Assembly: GCF_006345805.1 (NCBI RefSeq)
Contig: NC_043013.1
Coordinates: forward strand, 52,018,001 to 52,082,000
Source of the DNA: Octopus sinensis
Taxonomy: Eukaryota
Reading direction: 5' to 3'
Length of the DNA: 64,000 nt
Position numbers and translations under genes: made by a program. Positions within the stretch are counted from its first letter, which is position 1, and each line of letters starts with the position of its first letter. This document shows, in pieces, positions 37,631 to 51,725 of the stretch. The notes beneath the pieces were generated by a model. It did not search any database. It worked only from the letters and a program-made list of their open reading frames with translations, and was not told the DNA's origin.

Positions 37631-40600
37631 GGCCTTACCATCTCCTGGCCTCACCATCTCCTGGTATCACCATCTCCTGGTATCACCATCTCCTGGTATC
37701 ACCATCTCCTGGTATCACCATCTCCTGGCCTCACCATCTCCTGGCCTTACCAGCTCCTGGCATCACCATCTCCTGGCCTTACCAGCTCCTGGCCTCACCA
37801 TCTCCTGGTATCACCATCTCCTGGTATCACCATCTCCTGGCCTCACCATCTCCTGGCCCCACCATCTCCTGGCCTCACCATCTCCTGGCCTTACCATCTC
37901 CTGGCCTCACGATCTTCTGGCCTCAACATCTCCTGGCCTCACCATCTCCTGGTATCACCATCTCTTGGCCTCACCATCTCCTAGCCTCACCATCTCCTGG
38001 TATCACCAGCTCCTGGCCTCACCATCTCCTGGCCTCACCATCTCCTGGTATCACCATCTCCTGGTATCACCATCTCCTGGCCTCACCATCTCCTGGCCTC
38101 ACCATCTCCTGGCCTCACCATCTCCTGGCCTCACCATCTCCTGGCCTTACCATCTCCTGGCCTCACGATCTTCTGGCCTCACCATCTCCTGGTATCACCA
38201 TCTCCTGGCCTCACCATCTCCTGGCCTCACCATCTCCTGGTATCACCATCTTCTGGCCTTACCATTTTCTGGCCTTACCATCTCCTGGTATCACCATCTC
38301 CTGGCCTCACCATCTCCTGGCCTCACCATCTCCTGGCCTCACCATCTCCTGGCCTCACCATCTCCTGGTATCACCATCTCCTGGTATCACCATCTCCTGT
38401 TATCACCATCTCCTGGTATCACCATCTCCTGGCCTCACCATCTCCTGGCCTTACCATCTCCTGGCCTCACGATCTTCTGGCCTCACCATCTCCTGGTATC
38501 ACCAACTCCTGGTATCACCATCTTCTGGCCTTACCATCTCCTGGCCTCACCATCTCCTGGCCTCACCATCTCCTGGCCTCACCATCTCCTGGCCTCACCA
38601 TCTTCTGGCCTCACCATCTCCTGGCCTCACCATCTCCTGCCCTCACCATCTCCTGGTATCACCATCTCCTGGTATCACCATCTCCTGGTATCACCATCTC
38701 CTGGTATCACCATCTCCTGGCCTCACCATCTCCTGGCCTCACCATCTCCTGGCCTCACCATCACCTGGCCTCACCATCTCCTGGTATCACCATCTCCTGG
38801 TATCACCATCTGGTATCACCATCTCCTGGCCTCACCATCTCCTGGCCTCACAATCTCCTGGCCTCACCATCTCCTGGTATCACCATCTCCTGGCCTCACC
38901 ATCTCCTGGCCTCACCATCTCCTGTTATCACCATCTCCTGGCATCACCATCTCCTGGTATCACCATCTCCTGGTATCACCATCTCCTGGCCTCACCATCT
39001 CCTGGCCTCACCATCTCCTGGCCTCACCATCTCCTGGTATCACCATCTCCTGGTATCACCATCTCCTGGTATCACCATCTCCTGGCCTTACCAGCTCCTG
39101 GCCTCACCATCTCCTGGTATGGTGATACCATCTCCTGGCCTTACCATCTCCTGGCCTCACCATCTCCTGGTATCACCATCTCCTGGTATCGCCATCTCCT
39201 GGCATCACCATCTCCTGGCCTTACCATCTCCTGGCCTCACCATCTCCTGGTATCACCACCTCCTGTTATCACCATCTCCTGGCCTCACCATCTCCTAGCC
39301 TCACCATCTCCTGGTATCACCAGCTCCTGGCCTCACCATCTCCTGGCCTCACCATCTCCTGGTATCACCATCTCCTGGTATCACCATCTCCTGGTATCAC
39401 CATCTCCTGGCCTCACCATCTGTTATCACCATCTCCTGGCCTTACCATCTCCTGGCCTCACGATCTTCTGGCCTCACCATCTCCTGGTATCACCATCTCC
39501 TGGCCTCACCATCTCCTGGCCTCACCATCTCCTGGTATCACCATCTCCTGGTATCACCATCTTCTGGCCTTACCATCTTCTTACCATCTTCTTACCATCT
39601 TCTCCTGGTATCACCATCTCCTGGTATCACCATCTCCTGGCCTCACCATCTCCTGGTATCACCATCTCCTGGCCTCACCATCTCCTGGCCTCACCATCTC
39701 CTGGCCTCACCATCTCCTGGCCTCACCATCACCTGGCCTCACCATCTCCTGGTATCACCATCTCCTGGTATCACCATCTCCTGGCCTTACCATCTCCTGG
39801 CCTCACCATCTCCTGGTATCACCATCTCCTGGCCTCACCATCCCCTGGCCTCACCATCTCCTGGCCTTACCATCTCCTGGCCTTACCATCTCCTGGCCTC
39901 ACCATCTCCTGGCCTCACCATCTCCTGGTATCACCATCTTCTGGCCTTACCATTTTCTGGCCTCACCATCTCTGGCTCACCATCTCTGCCTCACCATCTC
40001 CTGGCCTCACCATCTCTGGTATCACCATCTCTGGTATCACCATCTCCTGGCCTCACCATCTCCTGGCCTCACCATCTCCTGGCCTCACATCTCCTGGCCT
40101 CACCATCTCCTGGTATCACCATCTCCTGGTATCACCATCTCCTGGTATCACCATCTCCTGTTATCACCATCTCCTGGTATCACCACCTCCTGGTATCACC
40201 ATCTCCTGGCCTCACCATCTCCTGGCCTCACCACCTCCTGGTATCACCATCTCCTGGTATCACCATCTCCTGGTATCACCATCTCCTGGTATCACCATCT
40301 CCTGGTATCACCATCTCTGGCCTCACCATCTCCTGGTATCACCATCTCTGGTATCACCATCTCCTGGTATCACCATCTCCTGGTATCACACCATCTCCTG
40401 GTATCACCATCTCCTGGCCTCACCATCTCCTGGTATCAACACCTCCTGTATCACCATCTCCTGTTATCACCATCTCCTGGTATCACCACCTCCTGGTATC
40501 ACCATCTCCTGGCCTCACCATCTTGGTATCACCACCTCCTGGTATCACCATCTCTGGTATCACAATCTCCTGGTATCACCATCTCCTGGTATCACCATCT

Positions 40601-42992
40601 CCTGGTATCACCATCTCCTGGTATCACATCCTGGCCTCACCATCTCCTGGTATCACCATCTCCTGGTATCACCATCTCCTGGTATCACCATCCTGGTATC
40701 ACCATCTCCTGGTATCACCATCTCATGGCCTCACCATCTCCTGGTATCACCATCTCCTGGCCTCACCATCTCCTGGTATCACCACCTCCTGGTATCACCA
40801 TCTCCTGGTATCACCACCTCCTGGTATCACCATCTCCTGGTATCACCATCTCCTGGTATCACCACCTCCTGGTATCACCATCTCCTGGTATCACCATCTC
40901 CTGGTATCACCATCTCCTGGTATCACCATCTCCTGGTATCACCATCTCCTGGCCTCACCATCTCCTGGTATCACCACCTCCTGGTATCACCATCTCCTGG
41001 TATCACCATCTCCTGGCCTCACCATCTCCTGGTATCACCATCTCCTGGTATCACCACCTCCTGGTATCACCATCTCCTGGTATCACCACCTCCTGGTATC
41101 ACCATCTCCTGGTATCACCATCTCCTGGTATCACCATCTCCTGGTATCACCATCTCCTGGCCTCACCATCTCCTGGTATCACCACCTCCTGGTATCACCA
41201 TCTCCTGGTATCACCATCTCCTGGTATCACCATCTCCTGGTATCACCATCTCCTGGTATCACCATCTCCTGGCCTCACCATCTCCTGGTATCACCATCTC
41301 CTGGTATCACCATCTCCTGGTATCACCATCTCCTGGTATCACCATCTCCTGGCCTCACCATCTCCTGGTATCACCATCTCCTGGCCTCACCATCTCCTGG
41401 TATCACCATCTCCTGGTATCACCATCTCCTGGTATCACCACCTCCTGGTATCACCATCTCCTGGTATCACCATCTCCTGGTATCACCATCTCCTGGTATC
41501 ACCATCTCCTGGTATCACCATCTCCTGGTATCACCATCTCCTGGTATCACCATCTCCTGGTATCACCATCTCCTGGCCTCACCATCTCCTGGTATCACCA
41601 TCTCCTGGCCTCACCATCTCCTGGTATCACCACCTCCTGGTATCACCATCTCCTGGTATCACCATCTCCTGGCCTCACCATCTCCTGGCCTCACCATCTC
41701 CTGGTATCACCATCTCCTGGTATCACCATCTCCTGGTATCACCATCTCCTGGTATCACCATCTCCTGGTATCACCATCTCCTGGTATCACCATCTCCTGT
41801 TATCACCATCTCCTGGCCTCACCATCTCCTGGCCTCACCATCTGTTATCACCATCTCCTGGCCTCACCATCTCCTGGTATCACCATCTCCTGGTATCACC
41901 ATCTCCTGGTATCACCATCTCTGGTATCACCACATCCTGGTATCACCATCTCCTGGCCTCACACATCTCCTGGTATCATCAACACCTGGTATCACATCTC
42001 CTGGTATCACCATCTCCTGGCCTCACCATCTCCTGGTATCACCATCTCCTGGTATCACCATCTCCTGGTATCACCATCTCCTGGTATTCACCATCTCCTG
42101 GTATCACCATCTCCTGGCCTCACCATTCCTGGTATCACAACCTCTGGTATCACCATCTCCTGGTATCACCATCTCCTGGTATCACCACCTCCTGGTATCA
42201 CCATCTCCTGGCCTCACCATCTCCTGGTATCACCACCTCCTGGTATCACCATCTCCTGGTATCACCATCTCCTGGCTCACCATCTCCTGGTATCACCATC
42301 TCCTGGTATCACCATCTCCTGGTATCATCCTCTCTGGTATCACCATCTCTGGTATCACCATCTCCTGGCCTCACCATCTCCTGGTATCAACACTCCTGGT
42401 ATCACCATCTCCTGGCCTCACCATCTCCTGGTATCACCACCTCCTGGTATCACCAATCTCTGGTATCACCATCTCCTGGCCTCACCATCTCCTGTATCAC
42501 CATCTCCTGGTATCACCATCTCCTGGTATCACCATCTCCTGGTATCACATCTCCTGGCCTCACCATCTCCTGGCCTCACCATCTCCTGGATCACCATCTC
42601 CTGGTATCACCATCTCCTGGCCTCACCATCTCCTGGTATCACCATCTCCTGGCCTCACCATCTCCTGGCCTCACCATCTCTGGCCTCACCATCTCCTGGC
42701 CTCACCATCACCTGGCCTCACCATTCATGGTATCACATCTCCTGGCCTTACCATCTCCTGGCCTCACCTCTCTGGTATCACCATCTCCTGGCCTCACCAT
42801 CTCCTGGTATCACCATCTCCTGGCCTCACCAGCTCCTGGCCTTACCATCTCCTGGCCTCACCATCTCCTGGCCTCACCATCTCCTGGCCTCACCAGCTCC
42901 TGGCCTCACCATCTCCTGGCCTCACCATCTCCTGGCCTCACCATCTCCTGGCCTCACCATCTCCTGGCCTCACCAGCTCCTGGCCTCACCAG
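37631..42992. repeat. 16-bp minisatellite TCACCATCTCCTGG(TA/CC), about 335 units, embedded in an RTE-type 3' tail
   Basis: 16-aa (48-nt) periodicity in the + frames; flanks 37480-37630 and 42993-43055 are the two halves of the RTE tail. Confidence 0.95.
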
Positions 42993-43432
42993 TTCTTGTA
43001 AAACCGTTCAGTCCATGCCAGCATAGAAAACAGACATTAAACGATGATGATGACGGTTACCTTTACCCTTGTTGTGAAGTAAGTGAGACACACTCTAATG
43101 GCTGTTACTCACTGTTTCTTTTTTTTTTTTTCAATCATCTTTTTGAATCTCCTTGAATGACTTAACCTTTTGTCGAATATTATTTGAAGTACAGGAAATA
43201 ATGTTTGACTAAAGTTGCTTGTTTACCGTATATAAAGTGTTTAGAATTTTCCACTGGAACAATCATGCATATACATACACACATATATATACACACACGT
43301 GTATATGAATGGGTATGTATATATATATATGTATGTATATATGTGTATACACACACACACATGAGAAAGTGCAAATGAAAGTGTGTGTGTGTGTATACAC
43401 ATACATATATACATGTGTGTGTGTATATTTAT

Positions 43433-43493
<61 letters not shown>

Positions 43494-43504
43494 TATATAT
43501 ATAT

Positions 43505-44130
43505 AGTGTAAACAGAGTTAGCGGCTATAATAACTGACTAAGGGATAAAAATATCTGTATATACTATCGGTATCCATTACCCATGTTATCACCTGGCATT
43601 CATGTGCGGGCACACTATGCACATATATATATATGTATGTATATATATACACATACATATACACGTGTGTATATATATATATATGTGTGTGTATGTGTGT
43701 GTGTGTGTATGTATATATATATATATCATTTTATACACATGAAGGTGCATGGCTCAGTGGTTAGAGCGTCGAGCTTACGATCATGAGGTTGTGAGTTTGA
43801 TTTCCGGACCAGGCTGTATGTTGTGTTCTTGAGCAAGACACTTTATTTCACGTTGCTCCAGTTAACTCAGCTGTAGAAATGAGTTGCAACATCACAGGTG
43901 CCAGGCTGTATCGGCCCCTTTGCGTCTCCCTTAGATAACATAAGTGGTGTGGAGAGCCTCTTGTGTGTGTGTGTGTGTGTAGTTTGTTGGTTAGTGTTAG
44001 GAGGTGCATCCAGCCATAAAAACCCTATCAAAACAGAATGAACCCTGGTGCAGTCTTCTGCCTAGCCAGCTCCTGTCAAACTGTGTCCAACCCATGCCAG
44101 CATGGAAAATGGACATTGTTGATGATGATG

Positions 44131-44170
<40 letters not shown>

Positions 44171-44850
44171 ATTTTATATATATATATATATTATATATAT
44201 ATATATATATAATATATATATATATATAGTGTAAACAGAGTTAGCGGCTATAATAACTGACTAAGGGATAAAAATATCTGTATATACTATCGGTATCCAT
44301 TACCCATGTTATCACCTGGCATTCATGTGCGGGCACACTATGCACATATATATATGTATGTATATATATACACATACATATACACGTGTGTATATATATA
44401 ATATGTGTGTGTATGTGTGTGTGTGTGTATGTATATATATATATCATTTTATACACATGAAGGTGCATGGCTCAGTGGTTAGAGCGTCGAGCTTACGATC
44501 ATGAGGTTGTGAGTTTGATTTCCGGACCAGGCTGTATGTTGTGTTCTTGAGCAAGACACTTTATTTCACGTTGCTCCAGTTAACTCAGCTGTAGAAATGA
44601 GTTGCAACATCACAGGTGCCAGGCTGTATCGGCCCCTTTGCGTCTCCCTTAGATAACATAAGTGGTGTGGAGAGCCTCTTGTGTGTGTGTGTGTGTGTGT
44701 AGTTTGTTGGTTAGTGTTAGGAGGTGCATCCAGCCATAAAAACCCTATCAAAACAGAATGAATCCTGGTGCAGTCTTCTGCCTAGCCAGCTCCTGTCAAA
44801 CTGTGTCCAACCCATGCCAGCATGGAAAATGGACATTGTTGATGATGATG

Positions 44851-44890
<40 letters not shown>

Positions 44891-44917
44891 ATTTTATATA
44901 TATATATATATATATAT
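43505..44917. repeat. Near-identical tandem duplication, period 723 bp
   Basis: AGTGTAAACAGAG at 43505 and 44228; the copies differ mainly in microsatellite length plus one substitution seen (AACCC/AATCC). Confidence 0.9.
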
Positions 44918-45335
44918 ACGACAGGCACCCATGCCAACCCCCTTTGCTTGTGAAGACATGTTGGGGCAAGCGAAATCGAAATCGAATTGAACCAGCCAGG
45001 ATCCCTGGTCTGGTGGTACGTAAAAAGCACTTTCCGACTCGTGGCCGATGCCAGCACCGCCTCGACTGGCTTCCGTGCTGGTGGCACGTAAAATACACCA
45101 ATCCGACCGTGGCCGTTGCCAGCCTCGCCTGGCACCTGTGCAGGTGGCACGTAAAAAGCACCCACTACACTCACGGAGTGGTTGGCGTTAGGAAGGGCAT
45201 CCAGCTGTAGAAACATTGCCAGATCAGACTGGAGCCTGGTGCAGCCTTCTGGCTTCCCAGATCCCCGGTTGAACCGTCCAACCCATGCTAGCATGGAGAA
45301 CGGACGTTAAACGATGATGATGATGATGATGATGA
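44918..45335 (+). mobile_element. RTE-type 3'UTR fragment with (ATG)n tail
   Basis: Near-identical to 47541-47950. Confidence 0.85.
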
Positions 45336-45401
45336 TATATATATATCATCATCATCATCATCGAAAACGGACGCTAAACGATGATGATGATGATGATGAT
45401 G

Positions 45402-45436
<35 letters not shown>

Positions 45437-45499
45437 TACATTTTATATATATACATACATTATATATATAGTCTCTTCTTTTTTTTTTAATCTCTTTGG

Positions 45500-45865
45500 T
45501 AGTTTCAATTATTAGACTGCACCCATGCTGGGACAACACCTTGAGGAATTTTAGTTGAATTGACCAGTGCCTTTTTTTTAAAGCCTGGTACTTTATTAGT
45601 CTTTTTTGCTAAACCACTAAGTTATGGGGGTGTAAACACACCAACACTGCTTGTCAAGCAAGAGTGGATAACAAAAACACACACACATAGGTATATACAT
45701 ATATATTTATATATGATGGGTTTCTTTCAGTTTCTGTCTACCAAATCCACTCACAATGCTGGTCGGCCCGAGGCTATAGTAGAAGACACTTGCCCAAGGT
45801 GCCACGCAGTGGGACTGAACCCGGAACCTTGTGGGTGGGAAGTAAGCTTCTTACCACACAGCCAT
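45500..45865 (-). mobile_element. Composite SINE family A
   Basis: Reverse complement of the family consensus. Confidence 0.75.
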
Positions 45866-45999
45866 AAAGCATCCAGTCACAGGAACCATGCCAAAAGCAG
45901 ACAGCAGGGCTTGCTGCAGTCTCCCGTCTTCTCAGTTCCTGAAAAACAGGTCCACCCATGCCAGCATTGAAAAAAGAAAGTATTAGATGATGATGATGA

Positions 46000-46041
<42 letters not shown>

Positions 46042-47169
46042 TCGATTCACACATACATACACATGCACATACACACATATGTACACACACAACACACTAT
46101 TTATTATTACATTATTTCACAACTTTATTTCCTCATATTTTTCATTTCTTGTTTTGTATTAGTTTTCCTTGTTTTCTTTATTATATTTCTTTGTCTGCAT
46201 CCCTTTTTTTCCTTTTCCTCTCTATTCCTTTCTTCCTGCTTTTCATTATTATTTTTACCTTTTTTCTCTCTCCATTCTGTGGTTAATTTTCCCATTATGC
46301 TCCCTCTCTCTTCCTTTCTCCTCTTATTTCTCTGTCAGTCTATTTGCCTCCTTCACTCTCATACTCTTTCTCTCTTTGTGTCTCTGTCTATCTCTCTCTC
46401 TCTCTCTCTCTGGTTGCTGTCCTTTCTTCTCTTACACTTTTCCCTCTCTCGGCATCCTCTTCACACCCATTCCATCCTCACCCAACTAATAATCCTCTTG
46501 GTTTACTTAACACCGGTCTCCAGACCACAGCACTTTGCCTTTCCTTTCACACACAACTAAACTCATGTGCAATCACACACACACACACTCTCTCACACAC
46601 ATAACCTCATACAATCATGCAAGCACACTGTGATGCCTATAACTGCACATATAGATAACCACACACACACACACACATACAACCAGAGACAATCACTAAA
46701 CAGTACATCAGTTTCAATATCTGTTTATATAACAAACACTGTGTATTGGAAACCAGCAAAATCACTAAACCACCACCACCACCACCACCACCATTACAAC
46801 AGTGAAGTCATGGCCACAAAGGCCCATACATTACAAAATGTCCCCTAAAGTAGGGGTTACTAAATATGGGGATATATGCACATATATATATATCTGCCTC
46901 TCTCTCATATATATATATGTATGTATATATTCTTTTTTATTCTTTTACTTGTTTCAGTCATTTGACTGTGGCCATGCTGGAGCACCACCTCAAGGGGATT
47001 TAGTCGAACAAATCAATCCTAGGACTTAGTCTTTGTAAGCCTAGCACTTATTCTATCGGTCACTTTTGCTGAACTGCTAAGTTACAGGGATGTAAACACA
47101 CCAACATCGGTTGTCAAGTGATGGTGAGTGGGGGACAGACACAAACACAACACACAAATATGTACTATA

Positions 47170-47207
<38 letters not shown>

Positions 47208-47208
<1 letters not shown>

Positions 47209-47950
47209 TGAAAATCGAAATCGAATTGAACCAGCCAGGATCCCTGGTCTGGTGGTATGTAAAAAGCACTATCTGACTCGTGGCCTATGCCAGCGCCGCC
47301 TCCACTGGCTTCCGGGCCGGTGGCACGTAAAATACACCAATCTGACCGTATGACAGGCACTCATGCCAACCCCCTTGCTTGCGAAGACATGTTGGGGCAA
47401 GCGAAATCGAAATCGAATTGAACCAGCCAGGATCCCTGGTCTGGTGGTACGTAAAAAGCACATCCGACTCGTGGCCGATGCCAGCGCCGCCTCCACTGGC
47501 TTCCGTGCCGGTGGCACGTAAAATACACCAATCTGACCGTACGACAGGCACCCATGCCAACCCCCTTGCTTGCGAAGACATGTTGGGGCAAGCGAAATCG
47601 AAATCGAATTGAACCAGCCAGGATCCCTGGTCTGGTGGTACGTAAAAAGCACTATCCGACTCGTGGCCGATGCCAGCTCCGCCTCGTCTGGCTTCCGTGC
47701 CGGTGGCACATAAATACAACACCAATCCGACCGTGGCCGTTGCCAGCCTCGCCTGGCACCTGTGCAGTGGCACGTAAAAGCACCCACTACACTCACGGAG
47801 TGGTTGGCGTTAGGAAGGGCATCCAGCTGTAGAAACATTGCCAGATAAGACTGGAGCCTGGTGCAGCCTTCTGGCTTCCCAGATCCCCGGTCGAACCGTC
47901 CAACCCATGCTAGCATGGAGAACGGACGTTAAACGATGATGATGATGATG
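47208..47950 (+). mobile_element. RTE-type 3'UTR with ~191-bp tandem units
   Basis: GAACCAGCCAGGATCCC at 47228, 47420 and 47611. Confidence 0.85.
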
Positions 47951-47971
47951 ATATATATATATATATATATA

Positions 47972-48117
47972 TTAGAAGAAATGAGGTAATCAGAAAATCG
48001 GATGATTTATATTTACAGATATTTATTTGTATATTACATTTTATATATATATATCATATCACTTAGATCATTAGCGCTTTCTCCCATTCTAGTGGGGTTT
48101 TCAAATCAAACTAAGTT
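47972..48117. mobile_element. Truncated copy of the 19-bp-TIR MITE
   Basis: About 97% identical by eye to 15109-15254; begins directly after (TA)n. Confidence 0.85.
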
Positions 48118-48272
48118 GATGGGCTTCTCTTATATACGACTGGCTTCTTTCAGTTTCTGCCTACCAAATCCATGTACAAGGCTTTGGTCAGCCCGAGGCT
48201 ATAGAAGAAGACACTGCCCAAAGTGCCACAGTGGGACTGAATCTGAAACTATATATGTATATATATATATAC

Positions 48273-48323
<51 letters not shown>

Positions 48324-48715
48324 AATGCCTTACTTTGGGTTAAGAAAAAATATATAGAGTAGACGTTTTTTATATACTATTGATGTGTAGACAAATGAGG
48401 GTGGGGTGTCAGGAATGACAGCGTCAAGAGGCCTTCACCTCAAAGATCTACTGTTGTTGTTACTACCTTCTCTGTTGTCTGCTTTTCTCTGTTTTCTACT
48501 TTTCCTGTTTTGGGCAGAAAGCACTTAGGTGGTCCTTACTACCACATACACAGCAACTAGGTCTTTGTCTTGGATGTTTGGTGCAGTCATCTGAATCTAG
48601 ATGTCCGTACATTTCACACCCAACCACATATCAAGTCCTGCTTATATTGTGTCACAAAGATGACTACAAGTCGAGGAACAATGTTAATGGTTATGTCTCA
48701 GCCTTTAACCGTTGA

Positions 48716-48815
48716 NNNNNNNNNNNNNNNNNNNNNNNNNNNNNNNNNNNNNNNNNNNNNNNNNNNNNNNNNNNNNNNNNNNNNNNNNNNNNNNNNNNNN
48801 NNNNNNNNNNNNNNN
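48716..48815. other. Assembly gap (100 N)
   Basis: N run. Confidence 1.
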
Positions 48816-49500
48816 ATACCTTCCTTCTTGTGACACTTGTGAAGACCTGTTGAGGCAAGTGAAAATCAAATCAATCAAAATAGATGAACATCAATGGAAT
48901 TTGTATCTTTGTGGTACCAGTGCCGGTGGCACGTTGGCACATAAGAAAACCATCCGAACGTGGCCGTAGCCAGTACCGCATCGCCTGGCCTCCGTGCTGT
49001 GGGCATGTAACAAGCACCATCCGATCGTGGCCGTTTGCCAGCCTCATCTGGCCTGTGTCGGTGGCACATTAAAAACACCATCCGAGCGTGGCCGTCTGCC
49101 AGCCTCGTCTGGCACCTGTGTCGGTGGCACATATAAAAACACCATCCGAGCGTGGCCGTCTGCCAGCCTCGTCTGGCACCTGTGTCGGTGGCCATAAAAG
49201 CACCATCCGAGCGTGGCCGTCTGCCAGCCTCGTCTGGCACCTGTGTCGGTGGCACATAAAAAAACACATCCGAGCGTGGCCGTTTGCCAGCCTCGTCTGG
49301 CACCTGTGTCGGTGGCACATAAAATCACCCACTACACTCTCGGAGTGGTTGGCGTTAGGAAGGGCATCCAGCTGTAGAAACACTGCCAGATCTGACTGGA
49401 CTGGTGCAGCTTTCGGGCTCCCCAGACCCCAGTTGAACCGTCCAACCCATGCTAGCATGGAAAGCGGACGTTAAATGATGATGATGATGATGATGATGAT
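48816..49500 (+). mobile_element. RTE-type 3'UTR with ~63-bp tandem units
   Basis: TGTCGGTGGC at 49056, 49119, 49183, 49244 and 49307; (ATG)n tail. Confidence 0.85.
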
Positions 49501-50129
49501 ATATATATGTGTGTGTGGTGTGTGTGTGCGTGTATATGTTTGTGTGTCAGGTTGTCCCCCCACCATCACTTGAGAACTGATGTTTGTGTGTTTACGTCTC
49601 CGTATCTTAGCGGTTTGGCAGAAGAGACTGAAAGAATAAGTACTAGGCTTACAAAGAATAAATTCTGGGTGTTGATTTGTTTGACTAAAGGTGGTGCTCC
49701 AGCATGACCACAGTGTGACTGAAACAAATAAAAAAAAATACATATGTAGAATGAAAATGTATACAAATATGAATATATATATACATTAATGCTGAGAGCA
49801 ATTCTGTATGATATTGCTCCAAAGATTTCAAAGATTTGGGGTTTAAAATCTCTGAATTTGCAGACCTATCACCTGCCTGAAAGTCGAATTACAGAACAGA
49901 AGAATAAAATTCTGAAAAGAAATCACTGGTATTTTGATAATTTGTTGGTTATGGTTTCAAATCTGTGTGATTCTCTTTGGAAATGTCCATAGAACTCTCT
50001 TTTGTTATTAATTCATCCTGAGGAAGATGGACATTGCTTCTGGTCCTTGTTGGCCCTTCCCAGATTTGATGTTGATGCTTAACCTGAAGGACAGGGCTTC
50101 TGGTTGTTGTTGGCTCTGAACTCTTCTGT

Positions 50130-50530
50130 ATACTCTTTTACTTGTTTCAGTCATTCGACTGCTGCCATGCTACAGCACCGCCTTTAGTCGAGCAAATCAA
50201 CCCCAAGACATATTCTTTGTAAGCCTAGTACTTATTCCATCAGTCTCTTTTGCCGAACTGCTAAGTTATGGGGACGTAAACACACCAGCATCGGTTGTGA
50301 AGTGATGGTGAAGGGACAAACACAAACACACAAACATATACACACATGTACATATATATATATACATATATACGAAGGGCTTCTTTCAGTTTCCATCTAC
50401 TAAATCCACTCACAAGGCGTTGGTCGGCCCGAGGCTATCGTAGAAAACACTTGCTCAAGGTGCCACGCAGTGGGACTGAACACGGAACCATGTGGTTCGT
50501 AAGCAAGCTACTTACCACACAGCCACTCCG
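50130..50530 (-). mobile_element. Composite SINE family A
   Basis: Reverse complement of the family consensus. Confidence 0.85.
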
Positions 50531-50539
50531 AAAACTGGT

Positions 50540-50830
50540 ACTTTGTCGGTTACAGCATTGAGGGTTCCAGCTGATCCAATCAACAGAACAGCCTGCTCAT
50601 GAAATTACTATGCAAGTGGCTGAGTACACCACAGACATGCATACCCTTAACATAGTTCTCAGGGAGATTCAGCGTCATACAGAATGTGACAAGGCTGGCC
50701 CTTTGAAATACAGGTACAACTCATTTTTACTAGGTGAGTGGACTGGAGTGCAACATGACATAGATTGTCTTGCTCAAGGACAGAATGTGCTACTGGAAAT
50801 TGAACTCATAACCTTATGATCATGAACTGA
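50540..50830 (-). mobile_element. tRNA-derived SINE family D (also at 54010-54335)
   Basis: Shared CAGCTGAT..GTGGCTGAG.ACTCCACAGAC..GACAAGGCTGGCCC body and a tRNA-like head. Confidence 0.75.
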
Positions 50831-51400
50831 ATACTCATCATCATCATCATCATCATCGTTTAACATCTGTTTTCCATGCTGGCATGGGTCGGATGGTTTG
50901 ACTGGGGCCTGGGAAGTCGGGAGGCTGCATTAGGCTCCAATCTGATCTGGCAGTATTTCTACAGCTGGATGCCCTTCCTAATGCCAACCACTCCGAGAGT
51001 GTAGTGGGTACTTTTTACATGCCACCAGCATGGGAGCCAGTCAAGGTGGCACTGGCATCGCCACGTTTGGATGATGCTTTTTACGTGTCATCGGCACAGG
51101 AGCCAGTCAGGACGAGGGGGCTGGCATCAGTGATGTTTGGATGGTGCTTTTACGTGCCACCGGCATTGGAGCCAGTCAAGGTGGCACTGGCATCAACCAC
51201 ATTCGGATGGTGCTTTTTACGTGTCACTGGCACAGGAGCCAGTCAGGGCAAGGGGGCTAACATTAACCATATCTGGATGGTGTCTTTTATGTGTCACTGG
51301 CACAGGAGCTAGTTGGGATGGTGTCTTTTATGTGCCACCGGCACGGGGAGCCAGACAGGCAGCGCTGGCATCAGCCCCCAACTACAATTTCCATTTGATT
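50830..51400 (-). mobile_element. RTE-type 3'UTR with 66-69-bp diverged units
   Basis: TTTTACGTG-like anchors at ~51015, 51081, 51150 and 51217. Confidence 0.8.
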
Positions 51401-51725
51401 GTGGTTTGATCTGAATCATGTGTCTTCACACAATTTCTGTAAGGGAGACAATGAAGGTGCTGAGTTATGTGAACCAGGAGGTAGATTTAAATGAAGTTAT
51501 TTGAATCTGGCATTAGGAGCAAGGGTTAAGCACAACGGAGGAGAAGTGAGTCAGGCAGGTGCATTTCAGTGCAGTTTATACATGACTTACTAGTTTATTG
51601 AAGCAGAAGTTATAGTAGTGGTACCATAAATATGGTGAAGGCTAGATTATAAGAAGGATAATGTTTGTAATGTGTTGGTAATTATTGGTAGGTGAATCCG
51701 TCTTGAGCCTTTCATTACTGTATTT

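Noticed and set aside
37522-43026. 1834-aa ORF and the overlapping 124, 501, 877 and 758-aa ORFs as a real His/Trp/Pro-rich protein
   Set aside because: They follow from a stop-free 16-bp unit. All three + frames give the same cyclic peptide, the 1834-aa ORF begins at a GTG inside a retroelement tail, and there is no codon-level (3n) constraint
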